From Phoronis australis (lineage: Eukaryota > Animalia > Phoronida), in the NCBI GenBank assembly GCA_002633005.1, contig NMRA01000055.1, forward strand, positions 800,282-864,281: 64,000 nt of DNA. The letters run 5' to 3'. Position 1 is the stretch's first letter, and every line of letters starts with the position of its first letter. This document shows positions 40,688 through 52,100 of the stretch, one piece after another. The notes under the pieces are model-generated. The model made no database searches. It was not told the DNA's origin and saw nothing but the letters and a program-made list of their open reading frames with translations. The position numbers and the translations under genes were made by a program.

Positions 40688-41175
40688 TTACCTAGTAGTA
40701 CATGTAGACCCGGTGTTCTCAAATATGCAAACCACCATGGACCTAATGGAGTCCATCTGTAGACCTTTCTACAGGCCAAATCAAAGGAGGCTGCCATTCA
40801 GTGATTGCATAACTTGAGGTGCTGCTAACATCAGGTATCCCAATGGTGTTCAGCAAGGGGAGACAACTCTACTGCACAGAGCGAATGTTACAGCCTGCAA
40901 GTTCAAAGGGAAGATTCTCCTCCACTTTTTTCCAGTTTTGAAGTTTGCAATTCCAACTTAACCTAACTACCACTGCGCGTTACTTTCAAAGTGAAATAAG
41001 GAAGCTATATGGCAAAAAATTTTCAAGATAAAAAGCTTAACAAATGAACAAGCCCGAGATTAAACAAGCTTGAAGGCTGGGTGGTGTGGTTAGACAATAC
41101 CACCATTACTCGATCTCATCTTTCCTCGGCGGGAAATAAGCACAGTAGTGGAGACACCAAACGGAATGTTTTTAT

Positions 41176-41252
41176 TTTGAGAACCAGTTTGCCACTTGTT
41201 ATTCAGTGGAGAAAAAACTGGTTCTCAAAATGCGGGACACTATAAGTGACTT
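41176..41252. mobile_element. MITE-like family A copy
   Basis: TTTGAGAACCAGTTT...TTATTCAGTGGAGAAAAAACTGGTTCTCAAAATG. Confidence 0.75.
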
Positions 41253-41318
41253 TTACCAACAACAACACAGAATCGAGTTTGATAACAACAAATGCTTTCA
41301 ACCGAAGATTAATTTGTT

Positions 41319-41324
41319 TTTATT
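41319..41324 (-). terminator. Candidate Rab3 polyadenylation signal (AATAAA), implying a 3' UTR of about 1.85 kb
   Basis: TTTATT on the + strand, followed on the minus strand by GU/U-rich sequence (TTTGTTGTTA). Confidence 0.45.
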
Positions 41325-43168
41325 TGCAAGTACACTTCTCTAACGTTACATATCTTGATTGACAACATTCACTAGGGTTACCATGGTTACAGAATATTGG
41401 TGTTGAGCGCACACAAACCAAAACTGCAACCATTAATCACAGGAAAGATAAATTGTTCGAATGTCTACCATATCTGCATTTCTGATTGTTTCTGCCAGAA
41501 CACTTCTGCGCCAAAGCATCATTTGTAAAACACAATGCCAAACCACTCGGTGTCTAAACCTTATTAAATTATACTGGCGTACGTATATCTCTGTATGCAC
41601 CACATGTTGTTACAAGCGCTCAATAGCACAACCAAGTGCTCCGTCTCTAAGATAGTGAATCGATACCCTAAAAACCTCCCGCTCTCCCTAACAGGTTTAC
41701 GCTATTCAGTAATATTGCACACAAATTACCAAAAATCATGGTCTACAAATTCGGACAAGCCAGGCACAAAAACTTTCAATTGTTGCACAGAAAGGTGAAC
41801 ACTGACAAGAGCGCACTTCACTAGAAATGAGGTCTACGATTCTACATTTCATTCATCAATTTGACAAAACAACTCAAGAAAGCAAATACACACTGTGTGG
41901 TTTGAATGCAATTGCACCGAAACTGTAATCGGTGTACCAAGTTAGGATAGGTGAACTGCTCGCCAGAAGAGCCCAGTCAAATGCAAGATGACACGGATAC
42001 TTAGGAACTGTTGCAAAAATGCAAACATTTAGGTCTTCTAAATCTTTTAAGCCAAGAATTTAAGACTCTGTATGTAGTCAGATACAACAGATGTAAATCA
42101 GATTCCGCACCAAAAAGGAAGTGAAACGACCTCTGTTGACCAGAGTAAGAACCTGCTTGAAAACACGTCTGCTCAGATGTCTAAATGTTTTCATGACATA
42201 CCTCTGGATGTCACTGCGTGTCTCTAGATGTCATTGTAAGGTGTATTTTCAATTTCTTTCAGTACTGACGTACATCATGTGAAGCCATTGCAATAAAAAC
42301 GTGGGATAATATGCCAATTAGATGTAAAAACGTCACCCCCCATCCGTGAATTTATAACATCAGTATAAGTCTTAAAGAAATAAAAACTATGCGCAGAAGA
42401 AAAATTTTGCAAAACTCTTTAACACAACAGAGCAGTTGCAATGCGACAGGAATGCCTAAAAGCTTGCAAAAATTGAACACAAAAATATTTTTCAAGTTTC
42501 AAATCAGCAGGAATGTTCAAGACTCAAACTCACGATGCGCGAAAGAGCAAAAAACGAATGTGATACCTCGAGAATTTTTTAACGTCTCCAAGAGTCAACT
42601 GAACACAGATCTACGAAGCAAATAAAGCACACTTAGACAGTCATTTTGTACAATACGTACACACAAAACAATCTACCGCAAGACCACGGTTAGAGCTAAG
42701 ACATAAAATTAGTAAATGCACCAATTCCCGATCTAGTGAAAATACCACACGATTTAAACTACCGTACGTGTCACGCTTGCACTTTCCACTTCGAATTTTC
42801 GCCAGTTGGCAGCCATTTTCACTAAATTGCTATATACACCAATAAATTTGTATATTTCCTCTTTGTTAACGACATCAACATACTGGGTGTTTAGAAAACA
42901 AGCTGCTGACTGTAATGTATCTTTTCTTTCCCTGCCCATGACACTAGTCTGCTTATTTTGAAACACCCAGCGTCTTCCAGCCTATATCAGCAGCCTTTCA
43001 ACTATTGAGTCATCAAAGATGACAAGTTATACTCACATATACATACAAACACATACTTTGATTACCGAGATTTTTCACAGCTGCATGATGGGTAAATTAC
43101 ACATGTGAGGTCAAAGTTCATGAGATTATTTAACCTAGACCATTTGGCCAGTGCGCAGGTGGCGCCAT

Positions 43169-46100
43169 CTAGCAGCTACAGTTGTTTTCCTGTGGGTTGG
43201 TATTCTCGGTCAGTCTCGTGCCTTTGTGTTGGTTGTTGACGATCGTCGGGTCCGAGTCAAGACTTTCCGACATTTTATCGCATATGATGTCGACGAGTCG
43301 CTCAAACACAGCTTTGACGTTAATGTTTTCCTTCGCTGATGTCTCAAAGAATTCCAAACCTAAAATTGTTGACATGAAGAAAGTGTGACAGGATTCAAGA
43401 CTGTATAGAGTACAAAAGATAAGCAAGGCACTGTCATAGCAAACTTGTTCTCAGAATGTCTGAATCAGTCTTATTAGTTTTGAAACAGGCTAGGAATGGA
43501 CGGGGTCAGGTAACTTTGACCAAAGCATACCTCCAGTGCAACATGGAATGTTTCACATATTGTACACCTCTAGTTGGTTCCCACTCAGTAACTATGTACA
43601 GTAAAATTTCACCAGTATACGACACAATATGGCTGACAGATGACTTTTTATGTTCACATTTTTTCGTATAAAATAACGTATAGCACAATTAATGGTTTAC
43701 CATGTTCAACTTTTGTATATCTACCTTCCCACAAAATTTTAAAAACTTTGGAGAATTAACGATTCTAGAAGACCACGAAAAAAAGAAACGGGCAATTTTA
43801 GCTGTTATTTTTTCCAAAAGTGTTGATTTCACTACTATAAGACCACGCTGAGAATTGTCTTGGTGTGACCGCTTCCTTAGTAGCATGACCACTAAAAAGC
43901 TTCAAAAACCTTTCTCTTACCTGCATTTCACTGTCCTGTACTGACCATTGCTAGTGTATCTTATTTCACAACAGATCACAAAGAGAAATATTTCGTGACT
44001 GATCATTTAGAGTAATTCACACACATTTGAAATACTTCGATTGCAATGTTTAATTACAGAAAATGAGGCCAGAATAAAAATGTTAAAATTTCTGAATTGT
44101 GTAAGATATGATGAATGAAAATCTGCTTGCAACAATTCTGATTATGTCACAAATAATAAACCAAAACCTGAACTCAACATCTCACTAGATCATCATTGAA
44201 ATGAAAGAGCAACGGACTGTCTGCCTTTAAAATTTTGCAACCTAGAGGAAAGCCGAGTCTCGGTTGCCTAGGGAGGTTAGGTTCCATTGAGTGAACAGCG
44301 TGAGTCGTGCATTGAGGTGCAGTCTGGGTAATTTTATGGATTTACCATTATCCTATAGTCAACCCACATACATATTATGTGAATGGAATAGGTAATAATC
44401 AGGATTCCAAGCGATAACGCATAATTGAAGCCGGATAAGAAAAAGGATACTTTAAGAAAATTGAAGCATACCAGCATCCCCATAAATACTAGGAATGTTG
44501 GTTAAATCAACACAATGTTGAAACAGTTGCCAATTTAGGATACATGTCAACACGTAAATATTAGCATGCACATTCAAAATTTCCGTGAAGTTGCAGTTTT
44601 TTGATTATGAATTGTCATGCCTACACAATGACAAGTGACCAGGCGAAGGATACAACCATGTAAAACACACATCCAGGTTAGATATACTAAGTTTGCTAGG
44701 AAACTACAGACAAAATGCAACTACTTAATAATCTGCTCTCTGGTTATAAGGTTCCATGCCCAAAGCCAACTGTATCATGTATAAGTCGATTTGGTAGTGG
44801 TGAATTTCGCTAACTATGTTACCACTTTAGAACAGTTAAGCGGGTTCATGGTAATGCCGTTCAACTTAATTCAATTAATTGCTTCAAACCTGTCAACGAA
44901 CTTCTATTCATTTACAAATTTTTGGCCCGATTCATTTCTCAGCAGAGTGCGTTAACCAAGACCACTACAGCAATGACTACACTACACACATGTGTAACAG
45001 GACATAAAGAAACCTTAACTGCAGTGTACATAATGGCCGTATAAACATTCAGTTCACTGTCAAAGATTAGTATGAAATACAGTGTGGAGAGCTTTGCAAA
45101 TTTAAACACGTTTATTACTGCTTTAGAATCGGAGACCTCCACAAGAAGATCAAATCATGAAATCTGCATAGTCATGCGTGTGCAGAACGTTTGAAAGTGA
45201 ATTATCTCCCCTCAATCCTGCAGTCAGCCATTAATCCATCCGGAACACCTGGAGTATTTTCGTAGCCTCAAATTTCGCCTCTAGGGTGAACATTGTCTGC
45301 GAGTGTGCGAACTTCAGTCATATGTTAAGTCAAACGAGGGAATGACTGGCCATATGACTATAATTCGGAGAGACGCCGAAATCACTCAATTCCAACTGAA
45401 AGTTTTTGACGCATAGGAGTCGGTTCTGGATGCCATTAATCTAATGCTGGCAGTGGCAAAAGCAGAAAAAGTAAAATATTCAGAGTTACTTAAAGTCACT
45501 TGAAAAAAGATTCAAGGTGACAGTCTTTTACACAGACTTTGTTTAAAGTAGCAAGCCACGCACGGAAACAGTCAAATGCATGAGTTATAGTAGAAAGGCA
45601 ATTAATTCTACATGCAGATTAAAAACCTGTTGGCATTGCATTAGTTGATCAAGAGGAAAGAAATTCAAAGAAAAATTTTGCAATCTCAAATTGCTTACGG
45701 CAATTGCCTATATCCGTCACAAAGGATCCATTTTCTTAAAGTATTACTTATAGACATATAAAAACTAAATGTTTTTGAAACCCCTGAGGGTCACAGAAGC
45801 TTATGTCCACAAAATGATACTCAGAGATGTTCCTAACCGTGTGACTGCATTTTTTCTAAAAATCTTAATTTTTCACCGAGACCAACATAATTTCCCTAAG
45901 CAAAAATAGTTTTTGCATGAAACAAATTCTGTTCCATTATTCTATCAGCTACAAAAGGGATTTTAAGGCCTTATAGCTCAAGAACTCCACTGTAAAAATG
46001 TAAGACATCAAAACAGAAGTCTCACTTTTTGACAGATGAGCTCTCAGACTAAAAGACCTCAAAAAAAAATTTCAGACTTCCTTTCGGAGCCTATAGAATC

Positions 46101-49100
46101 AAAAAAAAAACAATTGCAATTTTCAAACCAAAGAATTCATATTTGTGGAAAATATGAAGATCTACAAAAATCATGATTTTTTAGATAAAAACACAATAAA
46201 GTGATTACAAACATCAAGGCATTGCTTTAGAACACAGAATCAGATTCCGTTATCATCAAGGACATGAAAAATGCAGTATAATGAGTCTGCTATTGATACG
46301 TAAAAGATTATTTAAGAAATTCAATCCTGAATAATGAAAGAGACCTATTAAGGCGTTCAGTCATAGAAGTGAAATTTCAAGTAGAGACGACTAATCCATT
46401 ATTCTAATTGCTCAGAGACTAAACTGAACAATTTTTAATAACGATATCAATTTTGCTGTAAGAAATTTATATAGATTACTGCATGTTAAAGTTATAACCA
46501 CCAGGTAAGCGCCGTCAATAAAGCCGACAACCACGGACAAAGCAAGCACTTCAGACACAAAGTGAGAGGACAGATATCACCCGCAGCACCATCACCATGA
46601 CTATGACCTCCACGGCCGTGACTCGCCTAGTTATTACCTAGCTGGTCAGCCAGATGCTTGCCCCGTTCCTTCGACACGACCCTCTCGTCCTCCAAATCGC
46701 ATTTGTTACCCACTAGCACCACCTGGGCATTGTCCCATGAGTACGTCCTAATCTGTGTGGACCTGGAAAAGACACGTCATCGACCGTCTACAGGGGACCT
46801 GTGTGTCATACCCTACCTAGACGATCCGCGAGTTGCTTCGCGCGCTCCGTCGAAATGACTCGCTCGTCCTCAAGGTCACACTTGTTGCCGACAAGCACGC
46901 AGCGGGCGTTGTCCCACGAGTACATCTTGATCTGCGTGCACCTGCAAAAGACACGTGACACCGGCCGTCTACAGGGGGTACGACGCTGCGTCCTGCCACC
47001 TAGTGTTGCCGGTGGATATCATGCCAAGGTGTTCTCGCACCCACCAGGGATCAACCTCATCAAAGAACAAATGACAATGTGACTCAACGAATTTTCTGTT
47101 TTGAATAGTCACTAACATTTAGCAACTGTACTTTCAAATCTGGCAGTATTCGAATTTTGAGAAAAATGTCTCCAAAGGTGAGCAGTTGGAGACAAAAGTA
47201 TGGGTTTAGGTTATCTATGAGGAACTGCCACAGGTTAGGTAGACTCCCACCTGGGCATGACTGACCACACGGCAGAGAGAAAGACGAGAGAGAGAAGAAA
47301 GCTCAGCGAAGGACAACAGATAACTAAAGAGCAGTGGCGCCAACATAAGTCACTCCCGAGGCCAGACCTACCTAACTCCTCGGCAAGCTTGCGGCCCGCC
47401 TTGGTCGAGACTACGCGCTTGTCTTCCATGTCGCACTTATTTCCAATGAGCGCAACGGTGGTGTTGGCCCAGGCATGGGTATTAATATTGGTCACCCTGG
47501 AGCAGACAACAGAGGGAGCAACTAAAACACGGTGGTGCGTGCGTAAGTGCACAACAAAGGAAAAGGAGGTAATTCAGTCTATGCTCACTAGGTGGTGCCA
47601 TCTTGCACAAGGATGAACAGTTCGGAATGGGAGGAACCCAAAAGCTGTCTACGTATGCTAGAGGCATCTGAGGGACTAAACATGCAATGGTGGAGAGAAG
47701 GGCAAACAAAAAGTTGTGTATCAAGGTGAGCCATTTTAGCTTGTGTTTACAATAGCAGGAGATGAGCTCAAATGAATGGAGTGGTCAGACCTTATTAGCA
47801 CAGGTAAAGAGTTGTATTACCAAGACTAAGGATAGGGGTCTCTGCAGGTACATATTTGGCCGTGTTTAAATCAGGGAGGCTAGAAATCACCAACAATTAA
47901 ATTTATGCGAAATCAGTGAGGGACAATAAATTATTTTTCCACATAAATTTTGGTGTACAAAATCACGCAGCTGTGCAAAATAAGTGGAGAATTACCGTAT
48001 TTCCACACAAGGTGGCAGCAGGGATCATGGTTCCACACAACTACCAGCAATCTTATACGTAGCATTTTACAAAATAATACACCATAATTATGTACTTGTC
48101 AAATGAATATAAACGTTTCAGTTTTAGACCTCCAAATGAGTTACGAGTTTCTGACTTTTCTTCCTCGTGAAGACTGAAATCAATCTCAGCGCGGAAAGAA
48201 CATCAACATAGTAATTCTCCACTTTTTGCCAAATTTGTCATTTTCCCCGTTTTCAAAGGCCAACTACTTTATTGCAATTAATGGAAAATTTACCAAAAGT
48301 TTGTTTTGTGACATCTACACAGTACAAACCATGCTAAGTAAATGACTAAAACTTTCCTAATCATTTAATTCTGTGGACAAATTTGACAAAACAGAATTTT
48401 ACCTGTTGGCCATTTCGTGTGTTTAACAAGTGAAAAATTACCGCAAATGAGGATATTTAAATCAGGCTCCATTTAGAACAAAATCTGGTCTGTGTACCTA
48501 GCACTACCTTCAACATTTCATTTTTGCCAATAATTTCATGAAACAAATTTTAAAGAAATAGTTTCAACTTATTCCGAAAACGATCCTCAATCACCAGGAT
48601 GTCAAACTGTTTTCAAAATAAATCAGAATTTAGTTTAGGAATTTTAAAGCCTAATGTCCAAATTTTGATGGTATATCACAAATTTAAAACTTTTGGATAT
48701 AACTGCACCGTTCTATAAAATGCTGTGAGCACTTGCTTTCAAAATGTTGAACTTTTGCATGATAGGGTATCAAAAATAGGACTTTTTAAGATTTTTATGA
48801 AAATAATTAAAAGCTACATAAAAGGAAAATGAAACCATAATTCAAATCTATTACAGAATTTTTGAGATTTCATTGTGAAAATAATAATTCAAAAAACTAT
48901 AACAGCCTTTTTGAGATTTCAATGAGAACATTAATTTTGTATAACAAGAAATACCATTGTTTTGCAAAAAATTGACAAAAATACATGGTTACGTGACCCA
49001 ACTAGTGGCAGACTGGTGCATAGTCAATATCAAATTCTACAGCCTTAGTTTGTGCTTTCAGAAAATTTATACTTTTTCCGACTTACAATCAATAGTTCTG

Positions 49101-52100
49101 GCTAAATATAGTCTACTCGATAAGGTCCTGCAATAGCCTTGATACGGATTAAGTTTCATGGTACAATTGGTCCACTTCATGCAAACAGCCATTCAGATAA
49201 AACGTATTTTTCTTACTTCAATTAAATCCCTTGGCCGTTCGGATCCGGATCCGACTTATGAGTTTTACTGTATATCAGTTAAGGGCTGAGATATTGTATG
49301 AGTACTTCCTGTCATACAATACTCTCCCATCTGCTACCAGCAGCAGAGAATGAACTACGGCCAGTTGTAAATACTACGCTGCTGTACTAAACCTGCATCA
49401 ACCGTCATGAATGGAGTTATTAAATAACAACTACAGCAATAGAATGCATGTCCATGAACCTGACATAGATAGTAATAGGTGCGGTAGGCGTAAGGTCAGC
49501 TTTAGTGCTTAAATATGATTCATAAATCTAACTATATGGGTAAATGTACGCACAAAAATTTGATTTTTTTCACTTTCTTGCGTTCCTAAAATGTACAAAT
49601 TTTGACTACCATGTTTAATTCTGATAACGGTAGTTCTGCACGTAATTAAAACACATTGCAGCAGACAAGCCAAAAGAATAATTCGCAAAATTTCACAAAA
49701 ATTAAGATTTAATTTTAGTCAAGTGTTGGCATGGTTTGTACTATGTTGATGATTTGAAAAAACACATGATAAGTTGATCATTTTTAGCAAAGTAATCAGC
49801 CTTCATGACAAAATGACATTTTTAACAATTCTGGTGACCACCTTTCTTCTAAATCAATAAAATTTATTGTATGGTGCTCAAATGTTGAGTCACCAAAGTC
49901 CCATTATTCAGAATCCTATCATGACACTAAACATTTACTAAGCTTTTGGTCAAGATCACATTTTGTTGTTTTCCCTGCTTCATCCAAATTCTGCACTAGG
50001 ATATGCCATAGTGAATGATACAAAAGTACAATAACCTGTCCAGATCAGTGGAATCGCATTATTACTGCGAAAAGACAGTGCAGCCACGGAATAAATTTAA
50101 CAATCCCATGCCGCAAGCAGATTTCCCCAACTCCAAGTGCAATGTTTGTCCTGTGGAAATAGTGACGAGGGGCCTGTTTCAGGAAAAGTGACTTCACAAG
50201 ACTAACGTCAGAAAGTTTGTCTTACTCTCCAGTTTCCACGTAACTATTTCAGAAAAATAATCAAATCTCACAAATGAGAACAAGTCCAAAGTCTAAAAAG
50301 ATCCACATAGTTACTGGGATAATCTCTAGAAATTATTTCTACAGTGTGATGCGCTCGTATTTTCTTGGCTAAACCTTTTTTCAGCAGTTGCGAAATGGAA
50401 GCCTAAGTTTTAAGCCACTTTTATGATACAAGACCTCAGGGTTTTCCTTTCATGACATCCTAGATCTGACATGCATTTATTTGTAGAGATTTTACTAGAG
50501 ATGGGGTCAGAAATGATGCAATACTTCAAAATTACATTATTAGCCCAAATGGGTATGGGACACCCTGTCTTAGCATAGACTGAATTACGGCAGGCTACGA
50601 ACTGAAAACAATTCAACTCAAACTTGACTTGTAAATGAAGACACCTGTGTGATTCTACAATAAAAAATAAAAACTGATATTAGGGAGTGTAAACAACAGC
50701 AAAAACAACAACAACAACAACAACATGAAACTTGAATTTTCGCGACCAGCAGTTGTATTTCTACGCCAGCCATGGAAACTTGTATATGTTACTTGCTTTG
50801 TTGGCTTGTTGCATACCACAAATGTATAACTTGGGATATGACAAACATTCAAAATGAGAATAACCCAAAAAAAAACAATAAAAATCAGGAATATAAATTA
50901 TTTTGTGGACGATGGACTCTAGAATTGGGGTACTGAAATTTGCAGGAAATGTACAACTTATATGTGGAAGAAAAGCATTTCTCTTTGGAGAAGCTTTTCC
51001 TAAATTTTAGACCATTTATCGAAAAATTATGGGCAAACCCATTAATTTTTAGGATAATACTTCTCTCTGTCCAGAACAATTTAGACTAGTTGCAAATACA
51101 ACTACCATAGGTATATATATACCTATGTAATTATCAGAGTGGTAAAAACAAATGCTGTTGATCATTTTGTCTTTTAAAATGCATTGCAGATTGACTCAAA
51201 TAACACCAATTCAATAAAATGGCTCGCATTTAACGCACCAGAAATTTTGTTCAAGTCCAAGTTGGTTTGTCAAACATCGCCTTTCTGGTGCCAGCAGAAT
51301 TATGAAGGAAAATTAAAATTAAAATTTTTTAAAAAACTAAGCCTTGGCTGTACTTTTGTGACAATGAGACAATGTGAAAAAACAAAACGTACTGACCACC
51401 TTGCACTAGTCCATGGGACGACCAAAAAAATTGAGCAGTTTGCTGTTATTGAGACAGTAAGGTAACAGTAATCTGTGCTTCCATAGTGCCGTTAGCATTA
51501 CAAAAGTTGACACGGATCAGCTGATATGGAACGAGATGATAAAGCGCCAGTATGTGTGTAGACAGGACTGACACGGAGCAAATTGACACCATGGTGGCAA
51601 CTTTTGTCACCCGTTTGTGAGGTAGAGCAACTTGTGCTCAATCATTTTGTTCCGTGTCAACTGTATGTCTAAACGCAAAACTGGGGCAAGGCGGAAGGGA
51701 TCATCTCTATTGCGCTTGCGCAAAAAATCACATGTATACAGGTGATCATTTTCGTGCAATTTTTATGACTTGCCAGTCAGCTGTTCAGTGCTTTGTCTTC
51801 TAACTTTACCCCGACCACCATTTACTTTGTTAGGAAAAAGTCAGAATATTACACACAGTTAACAGTCAAGACTGGGTTCAGTTCAAATGCTTGGTTATGT
51901 ACAGCAGGCCTACTGACGAAAGCGTTAATCAGCTGATCAAATAATCGTTGAAGCAAAAACTCAATGTCACAAATTGCGTACACTTGTGGGAATTACCATA
52001 ACAACGACAACAATAACAATAATAAAAATGAACTGCAACTGCAGCGATTTGCATCTTTGCGCACGAGCCCTCCACATTCCTGCCTACAACTTCCGCCTTG

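Noticed and set aside
46638-47496. Reading the three Rab3 exon-3 copies as an assembly or haplotype duplication, or as extra Rab genes
   Set aside because: The copies are too diverged, their flanks are mostly not duplicated, and I saw no extra copies of exons 1, 2 or 4 in the window.
51555-51577. TGTAGACAG as the docking partner for the CCCCUGUAGACGG motif
   Set aside because: Only about 9 bp with a G-U pair, 4.6 kb away, and inside a local TGACACGG repeat; likely chance.
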